Assembly (NCBI GenBank): GCA_965204735.1
Contig: OZ242008.1
Location: forward strand, 3,872,001-3,936,000
Direction of reading: 5' to 3'
DNA: 64,000 nucleotides
From: Longimicrobiales bacterium
Lineage (GTDB): Bacteria > Gemmatimonadota > Gemmatimonadetes > Longimicrobiales > Gaopeijiaceae
In this document: one piece after another, positions 19,702 to 28,330 of the stretch
Layout of the letters: every line of letters starts with the position of its first letter
How positions within the stretch are numbered: the stretch's first letter is position 1
Position numbers and translations under genes: made by a program
Notes under the pieces: generated by a model
What the model saw: the letters and a program-made list of their open reading frames with translations, nothing else
Told to the model about the DNA's origin: nothing
Databases searched by the model: none

Positions 19702-21554
19702 CGGAACTGCAGGTCCCGGAGACGACGGTAGAGGCCGCCTTCGTCGGAAAGGGAGTCGTGCGTGCCCCGCTGCACGATCCGCCCGTCGTCCACCACCAGG
19801 ATCATGTCGGCCCTGCGGATCGTGGAGAGCCGGTGGGCGATCACGAACACCGTCCGACCGGCGAGAAGGCGCTCGACGGCGTCCTGCACCAGGCGCTCCG
19901 ACTCGGCGTCCAAGGCGCTCGTGGCTTCGTCCAGCACCAGCACCGGCGGGTCGCGCAGGACGGCCCGGGCGATGGCGATGCGCTGCCGCTGCCCCCCCGA
20001 CAGCGCGGCGCCCCGTTCGCCCACCACCGTGTCGTAACCGTCGGGCAGCCGCGCGACGAAGTCGTGGGCGTGGGCCGCGCGGGCCGCCTCCCGCACCTGT
20101 CGGTCCGAGGCGCCGTCGGCGCCGTAGGCGATGTTGGCGCGCACCGTGTCGTGGAAGAGCACCGTCTCCTGGGACACGACGCCCAAGCCGCGCCTCAGCG
20201 AGGCCAGGCGGTACTGGCGCAGGTCGGCGCCGTCGATCTCCACCGCGCCCGCGGTCGGGTCGTAGAAGCGGCCCAGCAGGTCCACGATGCTGGTCTTGCC
20301 CGCGCCGCTGGGTCCCACCAGGGCCACGGTCGACCCGGCCGGCACGTGGAAGTCCACTTCGCGAAGCACCGGTTCGCCCGGTCGGTACTCCAGGCTCACG
20401 CCGCGGTAGCGTATCCCCGCGCCCACGCCGGCGAAGGGCCTCGCGCCGTCCCGGTTCGCCGTCTCCGCCGGCGCGTCGAGGAACTCGAACACCCTTTCCG
20501 CCGCCACCAAGCCCGGCTGCACCAGCACCGGGAGCTTGCTCATGTACTTGACCGGGGCGTAGAGCCGGGAGCTCAGGGCGATGAACCCCACGAACGCCTC
20601 GCCGGTCAGCGCTCCCTCCGCCACGACCAGCCGGGCGCCGTACCACAGGAGGACCGCCGTGCCGGCGGCGACCAGGAACTCGGTCAGGGGCGCGGCCAGG
20701 GCTCGAAGTCGGACCGTCCTCATGAAGGTGGCGAAGTACTCCCCCGTCAGGCCCCGGAAGCGTTCTCGCTCCACCGCCTCCGCCGACGCCGCCTTCACCA
20801 GCCGGATTCCCGACACCGTCTCCTGCACATGGGCGCCCACCTCGCCGGCCGTCTCCAGCACCCTCCGGTCTCCCCCCTTCAGGCGGCGGACCAGCGGACC
20901 CCAGATGATCATGGCAAGGGGAACCACGACGAAGGCGGCGGCGGTCAGCCGTCCGGATATCTGGATCATCCAGTAGAGCGCCGCGACGAACATCCACACC
21001 GCCGAGACCGTCGCCACCAGCTCCTTGGTGACCAGTGTGCGCAGCTGCTCCACGTCGTGGGTCAGGCGCGAGACGATCTGGCCCGTCTTCGTGCGTCCGA
21101 AGAACGACAGGTCCAGCTTCAGCAAGTGGCCGTACGCCTGGTTGCGCAGGTCCCGGGTCACTCCTTGCTCCACCTGAGCCGTCAGATAGGCCCGGAGGAA
21201 GTCGACCGCGTTCTTGCACGCCACGACGACCACGATGAAGACGATGATCCCGGTCACCGCCGCCAGCGGTTCGCCGTCCAGGTCGACGAAGCGGCCCACG
21301 GTGGCGTCCATGGCTTGGCGGATGCCGTCGGGGCCGCTGCTGGGGGGATCGGAGCCCCCGGAGCGGGAGATGCCCGCCGCGTCCGGGGCGTTGCCGGAGG
21401 CGCCGGCGAAGAGCGTGCCCAGGAAGGGGATCAGCAGGACAAAGGAAAAGGCGTCCAGGGCGGCGAACGCGGTGCTGGCCGCGGCCGCCCCCACGAAGGT
21501 CCCCCGGTGAGGCCTCAGGTACGAGAGGACTCTGCGGACGAGGGCAAGAGTCAC
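19698..21554 (-). CDS. msbA: MsbA-like ABC exporter (TMD plus NBD)
   Basis: GPSGAGKT, LSGGQRQR, LDEATSALD, IAHRLST; adjacent to LpxL-like gene. Confidence 0.8.
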   Translation of the reverse strand: MTLALVRRVLSYLRPHRGTFVGAAAASTAFAALDAFSFVLLIPFLGTLFAGASGNAPDAAGISRSGGSDPPSSGPDGIRQAMDATVGRFVDLDGEPLAAVTGIIVFIVVVVACKNAVDFLRAYLTAQVEQGVTRDLRNQAYGHLLKLDLSFFGRTKTGQIVSRLTHDVEQLRTLVTKELVATVSAVWMFVAALYWMIQISGRLTAAAFVVVPLAMIIWGPLVRRLKGGDRRVLETAGEVGAHVQETVSGIRLVKAASAEAVERERFRGLTGEYFATFMRTVRLRALAAPLTEFLVAAGTAVLLWYGARLVVAEGALTGEAFVGFIALSSRLYAPVKYMSKLPVLVQPGLVAAERVFEFLDAPAETANRDGARPFAGVGAGIRYRGVSLEYRPGEPVLREVDFHVPAGSTVALVGPSGAGKTSIVDLLGRFYDPTAGAVEIDGADLRQYRLASLRRGLGVVSQETVLFHDTVRANIAYGADGASDRQVREAARAAHAHDFVARLPDGYDTVVGERGAALSGGQRQRIAIARAVLRDPPVLVLDEATSALDAESERLVQDAVERLLAGRTVFVIAHRLSTIRRADMILVVDDGRIVQRGTHDSLSDEGGLYRRLRDLQFR

Positions 21555-21561
21555 CCGAAGC

Positions 21562-23130
21562 TCACCTTGGGCGGGGCCTGAGGGTCGCGACGGGGACGAT
21601 CATCTCCTCCGGGGAGATTCCCCCGTGCAGGAAGGAGTTGCGGTAGCGGCCGATGTATTCGCGGAGCTTCGTCGGATACACGAAGAAGTAGTCCTCCAGC
21701 GCCACTAGGCAGCTGGTGCCGGCCGGCCCCTGGGGCAGGCGAAGATCGCCGGGACGCGAAGTCGCGAAGGAGCCGCCGGGGTCCTTGGCCCGCAGCCTGG
21801 CGCCGAACTTGTAGCGCAGGTTGGGCGTGGCGTCGCGACGGGCGTAGACCGTGGTGGGCCGCCGGCAGTGGATGGAGCCGTGGTCGGTGGTGAGGAGCAC
21901 CTTGCAGCCCCGGGCCGCGGCCTCCTTGAGCACCGAGAACGCGGTGGAGCGCTCGAACCACGAGCGGGTGAGGTGCCGGAGGGCCGCCGCGTCCTTCGCC
22001 ACCTCCATCAGGATCGGCGACTCGGAGCGGCCGTGGGTCATCAGGTCCACGAAGTTGAACACCAGCGCCAGGACCGAGCCCGGGGTTCCCGCCGCGGACC
22101 GCACCCGCCTCCGCACTTGGTCGGCCTTGCGGTCGGTGAAGACCTTCTCGTAGTGGACCGGCACGTCGCGCCCGGCCAGACGCCGAAGCTGGTCCCGCAG
22201 GAGGTCCTCCTCGAACGCGTTCAGGGAGCCTTCGTCGCCGGACGCGTCCCACCACTCGGGGCGTTGCGCGGCGATCTGGTCGGGATAGAGCCCCGAGAAG
22301 AGGGCATTGCGGGCGTAGGGCGTGGCGGTGGGAAGGATCGAGTAGTGGAACCCCTCTTCGACCTCGAATGCGCTCGCCAGGAGAGGGGCGATGGATCGCC
22401 ACTGGTCCAGCCTCATGCAGTCCAGCACGACGAAGAACACCGGCTCGGGCCCCAGCAGGGGCGCCAAGCGGCGGGCCACCACGTCGACCGAGAGCTCCGG
22501 CGGGTCGTCGGCCCCCCGGACCCAGCGCGGGTACTTGCGCACGATCCAGCGTCCAAAGTCGTGGCGCAGGTCGTTCTGAAGGGACTCCACGGTGTCCAGC
22601 AGCCCCCTCTCGCCGTCGCTCTCCAGCCGAAGGTGCCAGTCCACCAGCTCCTGGTACACGCGGGCGAAGCCGTCGGCGGACGAAGCCAGCTCCCGCTGGC
22701 GCGCCAGGGCGGGCCAGCGGCCTGCAAAGTCCTGGGCGGTTCGCTGCTGACGGATCGACGAGCCTTCGAGGATGCGGGTGACCACCGAGAGGACCTGCCT
22801 GGGGCTTGTGGGCTTGACCAGGTAGTCCTCCACGTGGCGGCCGATCGCCTCGGTCATGGTGCGGTCCTCTTCCGACTTCGTGACCATCACCACTCGGGCG
22901 TGAGGGTCGTCGCGGCGCAGCGCCTTGAGCACCTCCAGGCCCGGCGTGCCGGGCATCTGCTCGTCGAGGAGGATCAGGTCGTAGCGGTGCTCCCGGAGCA
23001 GGGCCAGGGCGTCGTCGCCGTTGGTGATGGCGTCGACGTGGTACCCCCGCTGCTGGAGGAAGAGGAGGTGGGGCCGAAGAAGGCCGATCTCGTCGTCCAC
23101 CCAAAGGATTCTCTTGGCGCCCCGTTGCAT
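21562..23130 (-). CDS. Response regulator receiver fused to PglZ/alkaline-phosphatase domain (PorX-like)
   Basis: ILWVDDE...LLDEQMPG; LDCMRLDQW, LPTATPYARNALFSG, TTDHGS, FLHGGISPEEM. Confidence 0.87.
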   Translation of the reverse strand: MQRGAKRILWVDDEIGLLRPHLLFLQQRGYHVDAITNGDDALALLREHRYDLILLDEQMPGTPGLEVLKALRRDDPHARVVMVTKSEEDRTMTEAIGRHVEDYLVKPTSPRQVLSVVTRILEGSSIRQQRTAQDFAGRWPALARQRELASSADGFARVYQELVDWHLRLESDGERGLLDTVESLQNDLRHDFGRWIVRKYPRWVRGADDPPELSVDVVARRLAPLLGPEPVFFVVLDCMRLDQWRSIAPLLASAFEVEEGFHYSILPTATPYARNALFSGLYPDQIAAQRPEWWDASGDEGSLNAFEEDLLRDQLRRLAGRDVPVHYEKVFTDRKADQVRRRVRSAAGTPGSVLALVFNFVDLMTHGRSESPILMEVAKDAAALRHLTRSWFERSTAFSVLKEAAARGCKVLLTTDHGSIHCRRPTTVYARRDATPNLRYKFGARLRAKDPGGSFATSRPGDLRLPQGPAGTSCLVALEDYFFVYPTKLREYIGRYRNSFLHGGISPEEMIVPVATLRPRPR

Positions 23131-23303
23131 GGGGAAAGCTAGCCAAGCGGGGCGCGGACATGCCGGGCGGGCAGAATCGATCCGGGCGCGGTCGGGCGAA
23201 CTCCGGGGCAGCCGGCCCCGGCGACGGGCGCACCGAGCTGCGCGGTCGCCGAGGGTGGGCGCGCCGCTTGCCCCCGGACGTCCAGACGGGTATTCTTCCC
23301 TTC

Positions 23304-24290
23304 ATGGACGCGGCGATTCGGCAGCATCGCAGGGTACCGGGCCAGGTGCGGGATGCGGTCGCCGATGCGGCTGGAGACGGAGCTTCCGCAGCCGCGGCGC
23401 TGGGCCGCTCCTACGTCTACAAGAAGGCGGTCCTGCATCACGCCGACTGCTTCGAGTGGTTGTCGCGACAGACGCCAAGCTCGATGCAGGCCGTCGTAAC
23501 GGACCCGCCCTATGGACTTGTGGAGTACTCCGACACAGAACAACGCAAGCTGCGTCTGCGGAAAGGCGGGGTGTGGCGCCAGCCTCCTTCGTTTGACGGC
23601 GCGCAACGATCGCCCTTGCCACGTTTCACGGTGCTGTCCCGGAGCGACCTGAACAGGATCACCGATTTCTTTCGCGAGTGGGCCGCTCTGTTGTTGCCCG
23701 TTCTCGTCCCTGGCGCAAACGTGGTGGTGGCGGCGAATCCGTTGCTGTCCCACATCGTTTCCGGCGCTCTTGCGCAAGCGGGCCTGGAGCGCCGCGGCGA
23801 AATCGCTAGGCTGGTCATGACGATGCGGGGCGGCGACCGTCCTAAGGGCGCCCACGAGGAGTTCAGTTGCGTGAGCGTAATGCCACGTTCCATGTGGGAG
23901 CCATGGCTGATTTTTCGGAAGCCCTTGCAAGGCCGTGTTCAAGACAACCTTCGACGTTGGCGCGTCGGCGGCTTTCGTCGGCCCTCTTCCGGCAGACCCT
24001 TTGGGGACGTGATTCCGTCGGCGCCGACTCGCAAGGAAGAACGCCGGCTGGCGCCCCACCCCAGCTTGAAGCCGCAGAGCTTTATGCGTCAACTCGTTCG
24101 GGGTGTGTTGCCGCTTGGAGAAGGCACCGTGCTGGATCCGTTTTGCGGAGCTGGATCGACCTTGGCTGCTGCTCAGGTCGTGGGCTACGAGAGCATCGGC
24201 GTCGAGAGGGACCACGCCTACTTTGCAGTTGCTTGCGAGGCGCTGCCGAAGCTGGCAAGCTATCGGCCAAGGCAGGCTGGTCTGTTGTGA
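23304..24290 (+). CDS. Site-specific DNA methyltransferase (N6/N4 family, beta-class motif order)
   Basis: TDPPYG, HPSLKP, VLDPFCGAGST; start uncertain. Confidence 0.9.
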   Translation: MDAAIRQHRRVPGQVRDAVADAAGDGASAAAALGRSYVYKKAVLHHADCFEWLSRQTPSSMQAVVTDPPYGLVEYSDTEQRKLRLRKGGVWRQPPSFDGAQRSPLPRFTVLSRSDLNRITDFFREWAALLLPVLVPGANVVVAANPLLSHIVSGALAQAGLERRGEIARLVMTMRGGDRPKGAHEEFSCVSVMPRSMWEPWLIFRKPLQGRVQDNLRRWRVGGFRRPSSGRPFGDVIPSAPTRKEERRLAPHPSLKPQSFMRQLVRGVLPLGEGTVLDPFCGAGSTLAAAQVVGYESIGVERDHAYFAVACEALPKLASYRPRQAGLL

Positions 24291-24305
24291 ACGAATTGTC
24301 CGCAA

Positions 24306-24914
24306 TCAGTCGATGTTGTATATCCATGCTTGCCGGAGTTTCTTGATTCCGTTACGGTGCAGCGTTGCGGTCCGTGTGCCGAGTTCCCCCCTCGCGTTCT
24401 TTCGGAAGTCGTCGACTTCCACATGACCCAAGTACACTTCGGTAAACATCATTGGGCGTCGCTCGCGCGCTGGCTCGGTCTCGCTGTCGACCTTGTACAC
24501 GAACACGCACATCCATTGTTCTCTGGCACCATGCATATCCACGGCGCCTCCCTTCTTCCGCGTTGACTTGATTTCCACGCCCTCGGAGCCTGACTTGACA
24601 CTGTCGTTCGGATGGGCACCAGCGACGACAAGGTCCGGGTGGCCATTGAAGTACTGGTTCTCCACCAGACTTCTGGCGTGGTTCGCCAAGCTGGTGGTGA
24701 GCAGATCGGAGACGAATCCAGACATCGCTGCCGGGCGCATCATGTCGTCGAGGCGTCGCAACCCGCGCTTGAGCAGCAGTTCGTTTACGTCGTGGAAGAA
24801 GTCGTAGACGTCCTGCATCGCGATATGGAAATCCATCAACCTGAGGGAATAAGGCAATACGGCGTTTTGGTTGAATTTGGCCCGATCAACCTTGCGAGGA
24901 CCGCCTGGATTCAT
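24306..24914 (-). CDS. Putative PD-(D/E)xK restriction endonuclease
   Basis: HPDL...GVEIKS motif; convergent with the MTase (15 bp gap); atypical codon usage. Confidence 0.6.
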   Translation of the reverse strand: MNPGGPRKVDRAKFNQNAVLPYSLRLMDFHIAMQDVYDFFHDVNELLLKRGLRRLDDMMRPAAMSGFVSDLLTTSLANHARSLVENQYFNGHPDLVVAGAHPNDSVKSGSEGVEIKSTRKKGGAVDMHGAREQWMCVFVYKVDSETEPARERRPMMFTEVYLGHVEVDDFRKNARGELGTRTATLHRNGIKKLRQAWIYNID

Positions 24915-24981
24915 GTACGCACCCTGCCTTGCGATTCGTGGACCGCGCGCGGCGACGGGCTCTTGGCCGCGCCTCCGTCAG

Positions 24982-25047
24982 TCAGATCTTTCGCCGCAGC
25001 CAGTCGAGCAGGAAGCGCAGCGTGTGTCGGAGCAGCTTGATCAGCAA
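24982..25047 (-). CDS. Small 21-aa amphipathic cationic peptide MLIKLLRHTLRFLLDWLRRKI
   Basis: TTG start 8 nt after GGAGG (25056-25060); below the ORF-track length cut-off. Confidence 0.55.
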   Translation of the reverse strand: MLIKLLRHTLRFLLDWLRRKI

Positions 25048-25212
25048 GGGAGCGTCCTCCGGGTGGGGTCGTTTCGCCGGGGCCGGGTTTGGGTCCCGTG
25101 GGGCAGTATCGTCTGTACGGCGGGGGCGGCGTCAAGGGTTCAGGCCGCTTCGGCGAGCGGTGCGGTGCGGCTGGACGGCTTCGCCGGCGAAGGACCGGCC
25201 GGCGCCGTTCCG

Positions 25213-26346
25213 TCAGGCCATTGCGGCGAAGAGGGAGGCGTGGCTGGCGAGGATGCGGTCGGTGGCGGCCGGATCCGGGTCCAGCGTCTCCACGCCCTCC
25301 TCGAAGGTGCCGCCCAGGAGCACGCCGTCGGTGCGAGGGAACATGTAGAGGCTCTGCGAGGGCGAGAAGCGTCCGCCGCCGACGGTCAGGTACTCGATTC
25401 CGGGCTGGGGCCGCAAGACCACCAGCTGTCCCTTGATCGGTACGAGGGAGCGGTCCCCGAATAGCTCCCGGGACCCCAAGCCGGTGCAGTTGACGACGAC
25501 GGGCTCCGGGAGGGCGGCCAGCTGGCGACGGTCGGCGATCTCGCCCACCACCACGTCGCCGCCGGCGATGCGGAAGTCGCGCAGAACCGCCCGAAGGTAG
25601 CGCGACGGCTCGATGAACATCGTCGCGACCCGACGGGCGTGGCGCGTCGGGAAGGGATGATCGTCGCCCTCCAGGTCCTCCCACTCGGGAAACAGATCGC
25701 GAATGCGAGCCATGTGCTCCGGCTCCCCCAGCGGGCGCTCGGAGAGGAAGTAGTTGTCGATCCAGCGGACGCCGTAGTCGGGGCCGACCAGACGTTGGAA
25801 GCTTCGGTGGGCGAGGCGCGCTGCCCGCTCGAACTGAGCGCCGAACGGTCCGGACAGGTCGTCCGCCACCGTCGTGGGCGACCATTGCGCGCCCGCAACG
25901 TTGGAGGTGGTGTGTGGCGGGAGCTCCCGTGCGTAGATCGTCGCCCGACGGCCCCGGCGTTGCAGCAGCGTGGCGGTCGCAAGTCCCACCGCTCCGGCCC
26001 CCAGCACGGCCACGTCGCCTTCGGTTCCAGCGTCGGCGACCAGCTCCGCCGCCATCGCCGCGGTGCCCCTGGAAAGGGTTACGCCGGCCCCGCCGTGGCC
26101 GTAGTTGTGGACCAGCAGCTTTCCGGCCACGCGCTCCGCCTGGACCACGAACCCCTCGGGGCGGTAGGGCCGCAGCCCGGCGACCACTCGAATCACCCGG
26201 TCGCGGGAGACTCGGACGGGTCGAACCCACGCCCTGCCGTCCGGTCCCCAGCCCGGGCCGGGGCGTCCTCTTCCGAAGGCGCCGCAGGCGCTTGCCCAAC
26301 CGGCGGCGGAAACGCCCGCCACCTTGAGCCATCTGCGCCTGTCCAT
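25213..26346 (-). CDS. D-amino acid oxidase family FAD oxidoreductase with TAT/lipoprotein signal
   Basis: MDRRRWLK...SACG; GLRPYR, HNYGHGGAG, GAGAVGLA, NCTGLG, PIKGQ. Confidence 0.85.
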   Translation of the reverse strand: MDRRRWLKVAGVSAAGWASACGAFGRGRPGPGWGPDGRAWVRPVRVSRDRVIRVVAGLRPYRPEGFVVQAERVAGKLLVHNYGHGGAGVTLSRGTAAMAAELVADAGTEGDVAVLGAGAVGLATATLLQRRGRRATIYARELPPHTTSNVAGAQWSPTTVADDLSGPFGAQFERAARLAHRSFQRLVGPDYGVRWIDNYFLSERPLGEPEHMARIRDLFPEWEDLEGDDHPFPTRHARRVATMFIEPSRYLRAVLRDFRIAGGDVVVGEIADRRQLAALPEPVVVNCTGLGSRELFGDRSLVPIKGQLVVLRPQPGIEYLTVGGGRFSPSQSLYMFPRTDGVLLGGTFEEGVETLDPDPAATDRILASHASLFAAMA

Positions 26347-26381
26347 GGCCGTGCGGGTCGCTCTGGGGTCGCCTCCGGCTG

Positions 26382-26852
26382 CTACTTGTCGTCCTCCCTG
26401 ACCACCAGCTCGGTCGTGATCTCGATGCACTTTCGCAAGGTCCGGTAGACCGGGCATCGCATGGCGTGCACCTCGAAAGCGCGCTGGACCGCGTCCTCGT
26501 CGGCCCCGGACGCCTTCAGGTCGTAGCGCACATGAACCTCCCGGATGACCAGGACGCCCTCGTCCTTGCCCACCTTGCCGCGAACGTCGGCGGTCAGCCG
26601 TCCATCCGAAGCGTTGATCCCGCGTGCCTCCAGCACGCCCCCAAAGGTGCCGACCAGTCAGCCGCCGGTGGCGGCCATCACGTAGTCGAGGGTGGTCGTG
26701 ATCTCTTGGGCCGGGCTCACGCCGTAGTGCTCGGCAATCGCGCCGTGGACCCCGAACTCGACGGGTCCGTCGTGGGCCGGGAGGTACGCAAGGCGGTGGG
26801 GTCCGCGCGTGCGTTCGATGCGGATGCTGGCTTCGTAGGCCGTGTCGTTCAT
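26382..26852 (-). CDS. OsmC-family protein with in-frame UGA at codon 65 (probable selenoprotein)
   Basis: Track ORFs 26658.. and 26382..26636 share a frame, separated only by TGA 26658-26660: LDYVMAATGG-U-LVGTFGG ... AMRCPVY. Confidence 0.85.
26622..26638 (-). promoter_or_regulatory. Candidate bacterial SECIS apical hairpin
   Basis: GCGTGC-TGGAG-GCACGC, 6-bp stem with G-containing loop, starting 19 nt after the UGA. Confidence 0.7.
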
Positions 26853-26938
26853 CTCGTTGCTTTCTCGCGGGGCGCTCGGCGGGCGGCTGCGGTCTGGGGG
26901 GCGTCGGAGGCTGGACAGTCGGGCGTCGGGTCCATGGT

Positions 26939-27505
26939 TCAGGCGGCGGGCCAGAGCCAGCCGAAGAGGGCGCCGGTGACGACCGCGTAGACCACCCCGT
27001 CCACGGCGTACTTGAAGGCGACTCTGGCGGGCAACCCGAACCAGATGCTGTCCTGCACGCCGATGAAGCCGTACGCCAGGAGCGCGGCCAGCCCGGTGGT
27101 GTGGAAGATGGTCGCAAAGCCAGTCCCCGGGGGCAGCGCCGGCGAGGCCAGCAAGGCGATGACGATGCTGACGACCAAGTAGTAGACGAACGACTTGATC
27201 AGCGACGAGCGCATGTTCAAGACCGCCTCGGGGTCGCGAACCCGAAGGATTCCGACCGGTCCCGCCTTGACTTTGGCTCGGTACTCCTCGGCCGCCGCCT
27301 GCTCCCACTTGGCGAACGGAAAGTAGTAGTAGCCCGGCCCCACGCCGACGAACTTCCTCACGGCGTCCATGAAGCCGTCTTCGTCCTCGACCCCCTTCAG
27401 GTCCGACTTGTGGTGGGGCATGGCCATCCAGATGATCGCGCTGACGACGAACAGCGCCGCCGAGGTGGCGAGGATGGGCAGCCAGAGCATGGTGATCAGG
27501 TGCAC
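26939..27505 (-). CDS. Hypothetical 4-TM membrane protein
   Basis: LWLPIL...WMAMPHHKSD; AAGGAG RBS before GTG. Confidence 0.75.
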   Translation of the reverse strand: MHLITMLWLPILATSAALFVVSAIIWMAMPHHKSDLKGVEDEDGFMDAVRKFVGVGPGYYYFPFAKWEQAAAEEYRAKVKAGPVGILRVRDPEAVLNMRSSLIKSFVYYLVVSIVIALLASPALPPGTGFATIFHTTGLAALLAYGFIGVQDSIWFGLPARVAFKYAVDGVVYAVVTGALFGWLWPAA

Positions 27506-27856
27506 GGGGCGCTCCTTGCTGGGGAAGGTCGCTGGTTCCACGGGTTGGCCCGGCGGGTCCCGACGGCGAGTTGGAAGGATAGTGGCCCGAAGGCCGCCGA
27601 GGCAAGCGCGCAACTCTCCCGATGTTGGCCGCCTTCGGCAGGCCGTCGCGACGCCGGCCGGGGGGAGCCTCCGCGGCAACTCTGCGGAGCGACGGACCCT
27701 GGTCGGGCGGCCGCTTGCCCGGGCTGGGCATTCGGCCTTATTGTACTGTCCGGGTTGTGGCTTGTGTCCAACGATGTCGTGCCCCATCTGCTGCCCGTTC
27801 ACGACGCGCCAGCGATTTCAGGAGGAATCGGAGCCAGAATGCGAAGCGAAGCTGAG

Positions 27857-28291
27857 ATGGCGAGCAGTAGTAGATCCGAACAACCGAGATGGCGTTATCG
27901 GTTCGCGAGCTTCTCTCGTGCGCACGACCTGCTGCACCAGGCGCTTGAAGGGGACGTCGAGACACTGAGTCCCTTGGAGCTTGCGGGGGTGAGTCGATAC
28001 TTCGGCTTCACGTTCGAGCTGGGCTGGAAGCTTCTCAGGGACCGCCTGGAGTACGACGGAGTCTTCCTCCCGATCGTTACGCCCCGAGCGGTTGTTCGGG
28101 CGGCGCACGAAGCTCGATTGATTGAGGACGAAGACGGCGCAACATGGATGGACATGCTGGGAGACCGCAACAAGACATCCCACATGTACGACGCCGGCTT
28201 GGTCGCGGACGTCGTCAGGGACATCCAGTCTCGCTATCTGACGGCCTTCGATCACTTGCGTGCGAAGATTCGCGAGCAGATGCCGTCGTGA
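27857..28291 (+). CDS. HEPN-domain protein (HI0074 nucleotidyltransferase substrate-binding family)
   Basis: RW..RF..F..A, F.FTFELGWK, DRNKTSHMYD (Rx4H motif). Confidence 0.85.
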   Translation: MASSSRSEQPRWRYRFASFSRAHDLLHQALEGDVETLSPLELAGVSRYFGFTFELGWKLLRDRLEYDGVFLPIVTPRAVVRAAHEARLIEDEDGATWMDMLGDRNKTSHMYDAGLVADVVRDIQSRYLTAFDHLRAKIREQMPS

Positions 28292-28330
28292 GCGCACCGG
28301 GCGTTCCTGCGGCCGGGAGATGGTGCGACA

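Noticed and set aside
21562..24290. BREX system (PglZ plus MTase)
   Set aside because: The PglZ domain is fused to a receiver domain (PorX-type); no BrxC/PglX-like genes; the MTase is a small beta-class enzyme.
26658..26660. OsmC gene as a nonsense pseudogene
   Set aside because: The stop is TGA at the expected Cys position, followed by a SECIS-like hairpin, with both halves intact; recoding is more parsimonious.
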